Source: Planctomycetales bacterium
Lineage (GTDB): Bacteria; 4484-113
Assembly (NCBI GenBank): GCA_037445915.1
Contig: JBBIJQ010000007.1
Coordinates: 72-64,071 of the forward strand
Direction of reading: 5' to 3'
Length of the DNA stretch: 64,000 nucleotides
The notes beneath the pieces are model-generated. The model searched no databases, was not told where the DNA came from, and worked only from the letters and a program-made list of their open reading frames with translations. This document shows positions 45,403 through 55,266 of the stretch, piece by piece. The position numbers and the translations under genes were made by a program. Position 1 is the first letter of the stretch, and each line of letters begins with the position of its first letter.

Positions 45403-47793
45403 CTATTCCCGTGCGAGAATAAACGAGTAGATGCGGCTGTATTTCAGGACCTTCTTAACAAACTGCTCATTTTCGTTGTTGGGAATTAACTCCACAAAGA
45501 GAACTGGGTCGCTGGTGCCGACGATTTTCCGCCAGCGGTTGAGGTTGCCGGGGCCGCCGTTGTAAGCCGAAAGCACCAAGTGGTCTTCTACGAAGCTGGT
45601 GCGCAGGCTGGAAAGGTATGCTGTGCCAAGGTGAATGCTGCACTCCGGGTCGTGCAAGCTACGCCCCTGTAGTTCCTGTGGCAGGAACTGCCGGTAGGAT
45701 TCAGCCGTCCCCGGCATTAGCTGCATGAGCCCGCGCGCGCTTACCGAAGACACAGCCTGCGGGTCAAAGTTGCTTTCCTTTTTCATCACCGCGTAGATGA
45801 TCTCTACGGGAACTCCGTAGCGACTCGCCGCAGCCTCTACTTCTTGACGGTGCGGTGTGGGGAATGCAACGCCAAGCACGTATCCAAGCAGCGCGCGGTC
45901 AAGCGGCATCCCCAGTTCAAGCAATTCCGTCGCCGCCCAGCTTGAAACCTTCACCGTCGAAGTAAGCTCTAGGTTTCGCAGCGCGATAACTTTCGCCACC
46001 GCGCCATTCACGCTTTTGCCTGCCCCCGCGTCCGGGGGTAAAAAGCTCTCAATGAAGTGCCCTGCAAGATACTCCGAGGCTGTTTCAGGCAGTAAGTAGA
46101 ACGGACGCTGTGAAAACTCAATATGGTCTTCGCCAAGTTGCCCCAGCGGCTGGAGTTCATAGTAGCTGAACTTGCGCACCCGGAGCTGCGAGCGCAGCAG
46201 ATCCGCGCCATTCCTATCGCCTATTGTCTTTGCAAAGTGTATGCGCCAGAAAAGGCTCAAGTCGGGCGCTTCGCCTGAAACTGCGGCAACCGTCTCTTCG
46301 GCGATCTTACGCTTCCCGGCAAGCTCCGCGAGCGCGATGAGCTCCTCCCCTGACTGCAAGCGATGCCTGCCCGCGGGGAGTTTCACTACTGCCTCTAGCA
46401 GCTCAATAGAGCGCGTAATGTCCAGCGATGAAAAGCGCGCCTTCATCAAATCATATTCCGCGTAGCGCGCTTCACTTGTGCGCCTGCCTGTTATCTGCTG
46501 GGCTTTCCTGAAGTAGTTGATTGCAGGTATCGTCTCGCCTGCGTTGCGCAGCAGCCGCGCATAGTTTATATACGAAGCCTGTAGGAGCCATTGCGGCACG
46601 CCGCGAGTCTGGCTTTCCTGCACCAGCAGGGACTCCAGCGCCTTTCGGCTTCCAGTGGCGGAATAGACAAGCGAGAGAGCTTGCATTGCGAGAAAGCGCA
46701 ACTCAACATTGCTTTCCCTCTGCGCCGCGAGCTTGAGCGCCGGGACTGCGAGCTTCGCCTCCTTTAGCTCAATGAGCACCTGCGCCCATTCGTCCAGCAC
46801 GCTCAGCCCATCGTTGGTTGTGAGCGCGCCGCGAAGCTCCAACAGCTTTCCGTCTAGCGGTTTCATCGCTTCAACAAGCCCCATCGCAGCGCTTTTGCGC
46901 GTGGAAGGCTCGGCTGGGCGTTCGCCCAGGGCATGCATAAAGCACTCGGCGGCTTTCACAGGCTCATTTTGCTTTATGTAATAATTGCCGAGGTCAAGCA
47001 TCGCCTTCGCAAATTCCCAGGATTTGCTTTGACGGCGTATCTTAGCGATGTAATTCTTGAAAAGGCTGTCCTGGCCAGCCTCAATCGCCGCCTGCAATTG
47101 GTTGAGCGAAACCCGCGCCGCAAGCCCGTGGCTGTCCCCGCTGTCCGCGAGCTTGCTAAGCACCTTGAATCCGCGCGCTCTTTCCTTCTGGCCGCCTTTG
47201 ATAATTAGCGAGCGCCCGTAGTAATACTCCAAGTAAGGCTTTAGTTGGGGAGATACGCCGGCTCGCCTCGCAGCTTCAAAGTAATCCTTTGCGGCGCGCC
47301 AGTCTCCGAGCAGCGCGTGCTCGTAGCCAACAAAGAACTTCAAGTCCTGGTAAACCGGATACCCGCGCAGCTTCGCCAGCCTGCCCTTGGAAAAGTGGTT
47401 GGCGACGGTGCCGGTGCGCTTAACCTCTTCCAATACGCTGACCTGGAACCCGCGCGCAAGCGTCAGCATCTCATCTTCCACCCCTGCGCGCTTCGCGAGC
47501 AAGTCAGCGCGCCCGAGGTTTCCCTTCAGCGTCAGAACGCGCACAAGCCTTTTTATGTTTTCAGGGCTGTTGTCATCGGCTACGGCTGACAAAGCTTCGC
47601 CGTAAGCAAGGCTCAAATACCCGCGTGCTATCTTCGTTTCAAATGGAAGCAGGCGCGGGTAGATAACGCTGGCAGCCCAAGCGATGGCGGCAACCAAAGC
47701 AAAGCCGATGAGGTAGTAAGCGAGAACCCTTTTGGCGCTTGGCGCAGTCCCGCTGCGCGAACTGCGCCCGTGATGGGCGCTGTTAGGCAACAT
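45403..47793 (-). CDS. soluble lytic murein transglycosylase (Slt family: superhelical N-domain + SLT catalytic domain)
   Basis: C-terminal KKESNFDPQAVSSVSARGLMQLMPGTA with catalytic Glu. Long alpha-superhelical N-terminus. Confidence 0.8.
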   Translation of the reverse strand: MLPNSAHHGRSSRSGTAPSAKRVLAYYLIGFALVAAIAWAASVIYPRLLPFETKIARGYLSLAYGEALSAVADDNSPENIKRLVRVLTLKGNLGRADLLAKRAGVEDEMLTLARGFQVSVLEEVKRTGTVANHFSKGRLAKLRGYPVYQDLKFFVGYEHALLGDWRAAKDYFEAARRAGVSPQLKPYLEYYYGRSLIIKGGQKERARGFKVLSKLADSGDSHGLAARVSLNQLQAAIEAGQDSLFKNYIAKIRRQSKSWEFAKAMLDLGNYYIKQNEPVKAAECFMHALGERPAEPSTRKSAAMGLVEAMKPLDGKLLELRGALTTNDGLSVLDEWAQVLIELKEAKLAVPALKLAAQRESNVELRFLAMQALSLVYSATGSRKALESLLVQESQTRGVPQWLLQASYINYARLLRNAGETIPAINYFRKAQQITGRRTSEARYAEYDLMKARFSSLDITRSIELLEAVVKLPAGRHRLQSGEELIALAELAGKRKIAEETVAAVSGEAPDLSLFWRIHFAKTIGDRNGADLLRSQLRVRKFSYYELQPLGQLGEDHIEFSQRPFYLLPETASEYLAGHFIESFLPPDAGAGKSVNGAVAKVIALRNLELTSTVKVSSWAATELLELGMPLDRALLGYVLGVAFPTPHRQEVEAAASRYGVPVEIIYAVMKKESNFDPQAVSSVSARGLMQLMPGTAESYRQFLPQELQGRSLHDPECSIHLGTAYLSSLRTSFVEDHLVLSAYNGGPGNLNRWRKIVGTSDPVLFVELIPNNENEQFVKKVLKYSRIYSFILARE

Positions 47794-48895
47794 AAACCCG
47801 CTTTACCCTGCGGCCGAGCTTGCAGATGATGTCGTAGTTGATGGTCCCGCAAAAACCTGCGAACTCGTTAAGCGTGATTTCCTCGCTGCCCTGCCTGCCC
47901 ACTAGGGCGACCTCCTCCCCCGCCTGTACGTGCTCTTCGCCGTCAACGTTGATGACCATGTAATCCATATTTACGATGCCTGCGACTTCGCGTCGCTTCC
48001 CCCGGAAAAGCACCTGCCCGCCGGGGAAAAACTGGTAGGGAATGCCGTCGGCATACCCTACCGGTATCGTGAGCAACGTGCTTTCCTCTGCCGTGCGGTA
48101 TCTGTGGTTATAGGATACGCCAGTGTTCGCAGGAACGCGCCGCGCGTCAATAGCCTGCGTCACAAGCCGGATAACCGGCTCCACGCCAATCTTCTGGCCA
48201 GCGTACCCGGCAGGATAGTAGCCAACTGCAAGTATGCCCACGCGCACCATGTCAAAGCGGCTTTCCGGAAATGCAAGCGAGCCCGAGCTGTTGGCGAGAT
48301 GCTTGGTCGCGTAAAGCGAAAGCCTGCTCTCCACCTGCTCGGAAAGCTCCGCAAATAATTTCACCTGGTCAGGGATGATGGGATCATTCGGGTCTGCGCT
48401 TCCGGCAAGGTGCGAATAGACACCCTCCACCGATACATGCGGGTTTTCGCTGATTCGCTCCAATAGTTCTGGCAGGCTTTTCTCTGTCGCCCCCACCCGC
48501 CGCATCCCCGTATCCAACTTGACGTGTACGCGCGCGATGGTTCCCAGCTCCGCAGCCGCGTCCTCCAACTTGGGAATGTCCTCGCTGTGGAAAACGCCAA
48601 GGCTCAAGAAGTGCCGCAGCGCTAGCTTGAACTGGTCGGGCGGGGTGTAACCCATCACAAGGATGTTGCCGAGGTAATCCGCTTGGCGCAGCTCCAGCGC
48701 CTCATCCACCACCGCAACTCCTATCATCACGTCTTCAAGCTCGCTAATTACCGGAAGCAGCCCGGTCGCGCCCAGGCCGTATGCGTTGGCCTTAAGGACA
48801 AGCAATAGCTTCTTGCCGAAAGCCGCGCGGATGGCTTCAACGTTCCGGCGGTACTGCCCTAAGTCAACTGTAAGTTTCGTGTATGAATGTTGCAT
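47783..48895 (-). CDS. alr: alanine racemase
   Basis: PLP-lysine motif VLKANAYGLG and a C-terminal beta domain. Confidence 0.9.
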   Translation of the reverse strand: MQHSYTKLTVDLGQYRRNVEAIRAAFGKKLLLVLKANAYGLGATGLLPVISELEDVMIGVAVVDEALELRQADYLGNILVMGYTPPDQFKLALRHFLSLGVFHSEDIPKLEDAAAELGTIARVHVKLDTGMRRVGATEKSLPELLERISENPHVSVEGVYSHLAGSADPNDPIIPDQVKLFAELSEQVESRLSLYATKHLANSSGSLAFPESRFDMVRVGILAVGYYPAGYAGQKIGVEPVIRLVTQAIDARRVPANTGVSYNHRYRTAEESTLLTIPVGYADGIPYQFFPGGQVLFRGKRREVAGIVNMDYMVINVDGEEHVQAGEEVALVGRQGSEEITLNEFAGFCGTINYDIICKLGRRVKRVYVA

Positions 48896-48904
48896 ATCGG
48901 TGCC

Positions 48905-50176
48905 TCAAAGGTAGCGGCGGAAGATGCTGTGCTGGCGAATAAGCCTACCATATGCGCGCAGCGCTTCGGGCGAAATCCGGTTGCCGGATGAAGCGAACAT
49001 CTCAGCCGCAAGCTGCGACGCAATAGCGGGCGAATGCCCGTCTTCCTTTAGCCAGGACGCAAGCTGCTTGGGCGCATCGTCCCCGCCAAGCCCCAGCGCA
49101 TGCGCAAGCCCAAAACGCAGCGCGGAATAGCTATGTTTGCCGTGCCGCCATAACTCGGCTTGAGCCCGCACGCGCTCCAGCGTTGACGGGAAGGCGATTA
49201 GCAGGATGTCAATATCCTTGCCCAGCGGAAACATCTCCTTAAGGAAAAATAACAAGATGCAAAACGCGGCGAGCATGATTAGCTGCCCCCACCACGAAAA
49301 GAAGAGCAGCGCAACCGCGCCTACTCCGCTTTCGGCGTAGCCGTGAATGGACTCTAAGAACCATATACCGCTTCCCTGGCGTTGGGAAAGCAAATTGTAG
49401 GCGAATACGGCGTTGTCAGTCGCGCCGATATCGCGGTTGGTGAAAAGCTCGGATGCGCTGACTTCAACCCAGGTTCCTTTCCCTACGCTGGCGGTGACGA
49501 GGAACGGCCGGCTGGTTCCTTTGAAGAAGTAAACTTCCTGCGCGCCCTTAGCGAGTTCGGAGTTTGCCTCAAGCGGCTTAATGTCATACGGCGAAAGCCC
49601 TCCGCCTGTGAGCTCGCGCACTCCCGCAAAGGCAGCGCCCGGCAATCCATCAGCGCTTATGTGAATGTATCCTTTGCAGTCAATCTCCCACTCAATCTCA
49701 TAGGCCCGTGCGCTTGCGGGAAGCTTTGGGAGCGGCTCCTGCGGCGCCGAAGGTTTCTTTGCTTCGACGGCGGCTGGAGGCAGGGCGCCCTTCGCTTCCG
49801 CGCCCTGCGGAGATGCGCTGAAGTTCTTGCCGGAAACCGGCGGAAGGTAGATGACGGTATGCCCCCGCTCGCGAACTGCCTTCCAGTAATCCCTTAGCTC
49901 ATGCGCGCTGGCGATGGGCTTGAACGGCGCGTCATCGCCAACGACGAGAGTCGCCCCCGGCGGGAGCAGCTCAAGGGCCTGGCCGAAAAAGTCCACTTCC
50001 ACGCCTTTGGTGCGTAGCAGCAGAAACAGCGCGTTCATCCCGAGCGGCGTCTTCGCGGTTGCGGAAAGCGGGTTCTCCGGCAAATACTCCGCCGTCCGCA
50101 CCGCGAACGCGCCAAGCACTGCCACTATTAGCAGTAACGCCGCAATCAACAGCCCGTGTTTGCGACTACTGCCCAT
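48905..50176 (-). CDS. membrane-anchored hypothetical protein (DUF4350-like)
   Basis: N-terminal TM, large extracytoplasmic domain, second TM cluster near the C-terminus. Adjacent to and overlapping a DUF4129 gene, as in DUF4350/DUF4129 pairs. Confidence 0.4.
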   Translation of the reverse strand: MGSSRKHGLLIAALLLIVAVLGAFAVRTAEYLPENPLSATAKTPLGMNALFLLLRTKGVEVDFFGQALELLPPGATLVVGDDAPFKPIASAHELRDYWKAVRERGHTVIYLPPVSGKNFSASPQGAEAKGALPPAAVEAKKPSAPQEPLPKLPASARAYEIEWEIDCKGYIHISADGLPGAAFAGVRELTGGGLSPYDIKPLEANSELAKGAQEVYFFKGTSRPFLVTASVGKGTWVEVSASELFTNRDIGATDNAVFAYNLLSQRQGSGIWFLESIHGYAESGVGAVALLFFSWWGQLIMLAAFCILLFFLKEMFPLGKDIDILLIAFPSTLERVRAQAELWRHGKHSYSALRFGLAHALGLGGDDAPKQLASWLKEDGHSPAIASQLAAEMFASSGNRISPEALRAYGRLIRQHSIFRRYL

Positions 50177-50960
50177 CTTCTACCTCTTCGTTTACTCGGC
50201 ACAGCTTCATCGTAATTCGCCGCGCGTTTTCGTAGTCTTCCTTGCCTGCAGCCGCCCCGCCGTAGAAGGTCACATCAAAGCTGTGCTTGAGCTGGCGGAA
50301 GTCATCCTGCGGCGCGCCCTCAATCAGCGCGAGCTTGGCCGATAGAAGATATGTCGGCGTTGTCTTTGCAGCATCGCCGAAAAGCGAGAGTATAGCCGCG
50401 CTGAAAAGCAACCTTATTGCGCGCTGGACGTCTCCGTCGGCGTATGCAGCTGAGGCGGCCGCCAACAGCTTCGCCGGAGTTGTGTTATCGCCTTGTCCCT
50501 TGCCTGCGCGCGCTATTCTGCCTTCAAAGAAGCTCTCGCTGATGATGCGCCAGGTCATTACTAACAGCGCTGCGCCTGCTATCGCGACGATGGCGTAAGG
50601 GAACCAGGGCGCGCTTTCAGCGATACGCTCCCCGCTCTGTGAGATATTGCTCCAGAACTTACGCCAGGCATCCCTTATCCACTGCATCCATCTTGGCAGT
50701 GGCCTTGCTTGTGTCTCCCCCGCAAGCCGAAAGTCCGGACGGTCCAGGATTCGCCGAATCTCTTGGCGGATGCTCTCCGCGCTCGCATCGGCATTCACGC
50801 TTTCCGCCCTTAGCGCCGGGGATGCGGCGGCGCTAGGTGGAGTAGTGGCGTTTCCTTCCTTCTCCTGCGCGTATGATGCGGGCGCGCAAAGCAGCAGCGT
50901 TATGCACGCTGCTGTTAGCCCAAGTGCGGTCAGCATCTTTCGCGCATTCATCATTTTCAA
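50166..50960 (-). CDS. DUF4129 domain protein
   Basis: Signal/TM, then the C-terminal pattern AYADGDVQRAIRLLFSAAILSLFGDAAKTTPTYLLSAK...FDVTFYGGAAAGKEDYENA typical of DUF4129. Confidence 0.55.
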   Translation of the reverse strand: MKMMNARKMLTALGLTAACITLLLCAPASYAQEKEGNATTPPSAAASPALRAESVNADASAESIRQEIRRILDRPDFRLAGETQARPLPRWMQWIRDAWRKFWSNISQSGERIAESAPWFPYAIVAIAGAALLVMTWRIISESFFEGRIARAGKGQGDNTTPAKLLAAASAAYADGDVQRAIRLLFSAAILSLFGDAAKTTPTYLLSAKLALIEGAPQDDFRQLKHSFDVTFYGGAAAGKEDYENARRITMKLCRVNEEVEDGQ

Positions 50961-53059
50961 TAATAGCGCGGGCTGAAGACCAAATCTATGTGTTTGCCCT
51001 TGCCGCGCCTGCGCAGCTCAGCGAAATGCGCAGCCGCATAGCGCTTTAGCCGCACGCTTCCGCGCAAGACCCATCTTCCGCTGTGGGGCAGGGGGCGGCT
51101 TTGCTGCCACTCCAGCACTTCAGACGCGAATTCCATCTGCCCGCACATTTCCTCTGCAAAGTCGCGGACGGCGCTCTCGCGCAGGCCGTAAACGGTAAAA
51201 CCAACCTGCACGTTGTACGGCGGCAGCCCGTATTGCTTCTGCAACGCAACGGCGGCATCATCCAACCCGCCGCAGCCAAGCCCTGCCTTTACCGCTTCGG
51301 CAAGCTGGCGCGGCGCGAGGATGACGAGCTTCGTCCCGCGCACGCCGTAAAGAGAAAGCAGCCGCGACGCGCCCTCAAACACAGCTTCCTCAGGCGAGCC
51401 GTAAGGGGAAAGCCGCCAGGCGTCCTGCGCAACATAGACTATAGTCTGCGGCCGGTAAAATTGGAGCGGGACGAAAAGCGTGCTGGTCCCGATGAGCACA
51501 TCTGTGCGCGCGAGATTCGGCAAGCGTATCACTTCCCTCCGTGCGCGGTGGAGGGCGCCGACCCTCGGCGCAGGGTGCACATTCATCGTCCGCAGGTGCG
51601 CGCGCACGCGCTTTGCAAGCGTCTCCACTCCGGCAATGTCAACGCTGAACTGCTTGCTTCCGCATTCCTGGCAAGCGCCGAGTGCTTCATGCCTCCCGCA
51701 GTGCCTGCAAACGGCCTCGCACGCAGGCGAATCAACCACGGCAGCCCGCCCGCACTGGGGGCAGCTAACTCTCGCGCCGCAGCTGGCGCAATGCGCCTCT
51801 TGGCCGCTGCCGGTTGCGTTGTTGAATACAAGCAACTGTTTCTGCGGGTGCGCCAGGCCAGTGAGCGTCTGCACGATTTTCTCAATGCGCGCTCCGCTCT
51901 GGCTTGGCAGCGCGATGACCTCCGCCGGTATCGCCGCGCGGTAAAGCCCCATCGGAAGCGGCGTTTGCGGGAACAGCGTAAGCTTCGCTGATGTGGCGGC
52001 GCTGAGGAGTATCGCGTCCGCAAGCGTGTTGTAGTGCGGGAAGCTGCCTGCCGTGTAGTCTTCCGACGGCGGGTCAAAGATATACACAGCGTCAAAGCGC
52101 ACGTGCAGCATCAGTAAGTGCGCCGCGCGGTTGCCGATGATGAGCAGCGGGCTGCCCTGGCGCATCCGCTCTTCCATCCGCTTGAACTCGGAGGCAGGCA
52201 TATCTGGCTCAAACACTAACGCCGCTGCGCGCTGGCGCATTGTCAGTGCGCCCAAAAGCTGCTGCGTATGCCACTGTGTTGGCAAGAGCAGAAGTTGCAG
52301 GCCGCGTCCGGCAAACAAGTGTTTGCGCGCGCCTTCAGGCGAGGCAAGCTGCCGCCACTTCAAATTCGGAACAACCAGCCCTGCTATCTTTAGCTCGCCC
52401 CTGCTATTTCCCAGCGCCTGCAAGGCTTCCTGCGCTAAGGCGTAATCAGCCTTCAACGCAATCTTGTTCTCGGCTTCGGGGAACAAGTCGGCCTGCCGCT
52501 TCGCCTGCTTTCCCGCGCCGCCAGTGGTTACATCAAGCCCTGCCTGGCCGGTGATGAGCAAGCTGCCGCAGGAGGATAGAGTGATAAGCTCGGTGAACCC
52601 CACTGCCTTCGCAAGCTTCTTCAACAAGCCAGGCGTGATGCGAGCCTTGCGCTTGCCAAGTATCATCAGCGCTGACTTGTGCGCGTCTTGAAGCTCCTGC
52701 GGGGGCGCAGCGCTCCCTGCGGAAAGCTCTAGTGAGAACAACCTTGCTTGCTGCCCCCAAAGCGCCAGCGTAAATATTTCGCCGGGGGAGCAAAGGTTTA
52801 GGTGAGCCAGCGCTAGCAGCAGCTCGCCAAAGCCTGTAGGTAGGCATGGCGCATTGAGTTTCGCGAGAACAGGCTTGATCTGCGGGTCGTCGGGGCGTGA
52901 AAGCCTCGTGAGGCTTGAGATGACGCCAGCTTCAATGCCGTTCCTGAACGGAACTGCGACGATGTCACCCGGTGCTGCTTTGACGGCGGCCGGCAATGCG
53001 TAGCTGAACGGCTGGAAAGCCGGGCTGTGTGTCAGCAGATAGACTTCCGCCCCCGTCAC
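50957..53059 (-). CDS. priA: primosomal protein N-prime (PriA) homolog with degenerate helicase ATPase motifs
   Basis: N-terminal 3'-DNA-binding-domain-like VAVPFRNGIEAGVISSL, Cys-rich zinc module CASCGARVSCPQCG...CRHCG...CQECG, and motif V LIGTSTLF. Walker A reads FAGRGLQ (no GKT/S) and Walker B reads VFEPDMP (no DExH). Confidence 0.7.
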   Translation of the reverse strand: MTGAEVYLLTHSPAFQPFSYALPAAVKAAPGDIVAVPFRNGIEAGVISSLTRLSRPDDPQIKPVLAKLNAPCLPTGFGELLLALAHLNLCSPGEIFTLALWGQQARLFSLELSAGSAAPPQELQDAHKSALMILGKRKARITPGLLKKLAKAVGFTELITLSSCGSLLITGQAGLDVTTGGAGKQAKRQADLFPEAENKIALKADYALAQEALQALGNSRGELKIAGLVVPNLKWRQLASPEGARKHLFAGRGLQLLLLPTQWHTQQLLGALTMRQRAAALVFEPDMPASEFKRMEERMRQGSPLLIIGNRAAHLLMLHVRFDAVYIFDPPSEDYTAGSFPHYNTLADAILLSAATSAKLTLFPQTPLPMGLYRAAIPAEVIALPSQSGARIEKIVQTLTGLAHPQKQLLVFNNATGSGQEAHCASCGARVSCPQCGRAAVVDSPACEAVCRHCGRHEALGACQECGSKQFSVDIAGVETLAKRVRAHLRTMNVHPAPRVGALHRARREVIRLPNLARTDVLIGTSTLFVPLQFYRPQTIVYVAQDAWRLSPYGSPEEAVFEGASRLLSLYGVRGTKLVILAPRQLAEAVKAGLGCGGLDDAAVALQKQYGLPPYNVQVGFTVYGLRESAVRDFAEEMCGQMEFASEVLEWQQSRPLPHSGRWVLRGSVRLKRYAAAHFAELRRRGKGKHIDLVFSPRYY

Positions 53060-53121
53060 ATCATCATCCGTTATCGCCGGCGCGCAAGGGCGGCGCGCAG
53101 CTTGAAATTATTACCGCAGCC

Positions 53122-54030
53122 TTATTTGGCCGGCTCTTCGGGCTTGAAGAGCTGGGCCTTGATATCAAACTTCTGCAGCTCCCGCGTATAAAGCTCATTC
53201 AGGTATTCGTCAATGTACTTTTGCACAAGGTCGTCTTTGAGCATCTGCTTAATTTCCGCGCTTACCTCGGAGAAGGGGTGGTCTTCTTTGGGCTTCTTGT
53301 CGTGAACATAGACGATATGGAAAAGGGATCCCTTGATGACCTTTGAACGCTGGTCTTTTCCCAGGGAAAACGCAGCTTCCTCTATAGGCGCAGGGAGGCC
53401 CTTGCCCTTTTCCATCATTCCGACATATCCTGAGCGTCTGCGGAGGTCGGGGTCAACGTTGTAGACGCCTGCAAGCTCGTTGAAGTCTTCACCGCTATCA
53501 AGCTTCTTGATGACTTCGTTGGCGGTTTCCAGCGAATCGACGGAGATGACGGACATCCAGACGCGGTCGTTGGGCTGGAAAAGCCCGATGTTCTGAACGT
53601 AAAAGCGGTTCGCGTCGTCGTCGGTAATTTTGATGTTCTTCTCTTTGACGAACTTATCTTCCAGGTGCTTGCGGTACTTCTGGTTCATAATCGTATAATC
53701 AATGAAGCGGGCAAGCGCCGCGGGCGTGTAGAGCTCCTGGAAGCCCTTGTATATCGCGGGAGACATTGTCTCGTTGATGAATTTCTGCTTCTCTTCAGCG
53801 GTCGGGACAAGGTTGAGCTTCATAGCCTCTTCGTAAACGATGGCCTGCTCAAGGAACGAAACGAGGCCGCGCGCCCCGACTTGCTTGAGGAAGAAAATGT
53901 TGAAATCCTCCAGCGTGTAGTTATTCCCGTTGTGCGAGGCAAGCACCGTGTCGGGCGCGGCAAGGGCAGGCAGCGTAATAAGCCCCAGCGTTATCGCCAC
54001 GGCGGCAAGGGTAAGCAGTATCTTCCTCAT
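53122..54030 (-). CDS. peptidylprolyl isomerase, SurA/PrsA-like (parvulin family)
   Basis: Signal peptide, SurA_N-like chaperone segment and a parvulin-like GYVGMMEKGKGLPAPIEEAAFSL. Confidence 0.55.
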   Translation of the reverse strand: MRKILLTLAAVAITLGLITLPALAAPDTVLASHNGNNYTLEDFNIFFLKQVGARGLVSFLEQAIVYEEAMKLNLVPTAEEKQKFINETMSPAIYKGFQELYTPAALARFIDYTIMNQKYRKHLEDKFVKEKNIKITDDDANRFYVQNIGLFQPNDRVWMSVISVDSLETANEVIKKLDSGEDFNELAGVYNVDPDLRRRSGYVGMMEKGKGLPAPIEEAAFSLGKDQRSKVIKGSLFHIVYVHDKKPKEDHPFSEVSAEIKQMLKDDLVQKYIDEYLNELYTRELQKFDIKAQLFKPEEPAK

Positions 54031-55223
54031 TTCGCGTTCTCCTTTTGTGTAACTAGGTCTATAGTTAGATGCGTAATCGCACCAGCAAGTTCACCTTTCG
54101 GCAGTATGCCCGCTGGAAGCAATTCCCCCGCAGGCGTGATGAGCGAAGACCTAATGCCGCCATCGCCGTAAGGAGACTCGCCTGGCCGGTAATCCACCAT
54201 GATTACCGCATCCAAGCGCTTGGCTTTCATTTTCGCCGTTGCGCGAGATTCCGCATCCTCGGTTTCTAGCGACACGCCGACTTTAACAAAGCCGGCTTCT
54301 CCCGAGAGGCTGAGCAGTATGTCTTCAGTGCGCTCAAGCTCAAGCGCGAGCTTCGCCTGTTCTTCCTTCTTAAGCTTATTCGGCGCTGCAACCGGCGCGA
54401 AATCTGCGACCGCAGCCAGCATTAAGAGTGCGCTACATCCTTTTACCTTCGCTTCAACTGCTGCCTTCATCTCTTTCGCTGTCATGACCCGCGTGAGGCT
54501 GCACGGTGTGTCCGCGAGCATGCGCTCGTCAACGCCCGTGCCGCAAATAAGCTCAATGTGCGCGCCTTCCAGCGCTAGTTGCATGGCGCATTTGAGCGTG
54601 CCCGATGAAGCGTTGGAGATGAAACGTACCGGGTCAATCGCTTCGCGCGTCCCGCCTGCGGTCACGACAATGCGCTTTCCGCTCAGCGCGCCTTCCCTTT
54701 TCGCAAGTTCAGCGATAACGCTTGCCGCGATGCGCTCGGCTGAAGCCATCCGCCCCCGACCAGTCTCGCCGCATGCAAGCCAGCCTTCTTCCGGCTCAAT
54801 AACCGTCCACCCTCGCTTAGCCAGCAAGTCCAGGTTTTCCTGCGTTGCGCTATAGTTCATAGCTGGCGCGACGATCGATGGCCCGTGCCACGCCAGCACG
54901 GTTGATGTTAGCAGGTTGTCCGCGATGCCTAGCGCTATTTTCGCAATGGTGTTAGCCGTCGCAGGCGCAACGACGAGGACGTCTGCCTGCTCTACGAGGC
55001 GGATGTGCGCGACCGGGTCAAGCTCTTCACGGGGCGTGCCGATGCCGTCAGGAAACTCATCTGCCCAAACTGGCCGCATAGAGAGCGTGGCCAGCGTGAG
55101 CGGGGTGATGAAGCGCTGGGCGTTAGGAGTCATTATCACCTGGACCGAAATGCCGTAGTCGGCTAACCGCCTGACGGCTTCAGCGCTCTTGTATGCGGCG
55201 ATGCCGCCGCTTACGCCGAGCAA
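54027..55223 (-). CDS. coaBC: bifunctional phosphopantothenoylcysteine decarboxylase / phosphopantothenate--cysteine ligase
   Basis: Flavoprotein N-domain (LGVSGGIAAYK) and CoaB domain (VVTAGGTREAIDPVRFISNASSG). Confidence 0.9.
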   Translation of the reverse strand: MLGVSGGIAAYKSAEAVRRLADYGISVQVIMTPNAQRFITPLTLATLSMRPVWADEFPDGIGTPREELDPVAHIRLVEQADVLVVAPATANTIAKIALGIADNLLTSTVLAWHGPSIVAPAMNYSATQENLDLLAKRGWTVIEPEEGWLACGETGRGRMASAERIAASVIAELAKREGALSGKRIVVTAGGTREAIDPVRFISNASSGTLKCAMQLALEGAHIELICGTGVDERMLADTPCSLTRVMTAKEMKAAVEAKVKGCSALLMLAAVADFAPVAAPNKLKKEEQAKLALELERTEDILLSLSGEAGFVKVGVSLETEDAESRATAKMKAKRLDAVIMVDYRPGESPYGDGGIRSSLITPAGELLPAGILPKGELAGAITHLTIDLVTQKENAK

Positions 55224-55266
55224 AACCAGCTTTTCCTTGAGAGTTGCCAGCGCGGACCCCCTGAGC

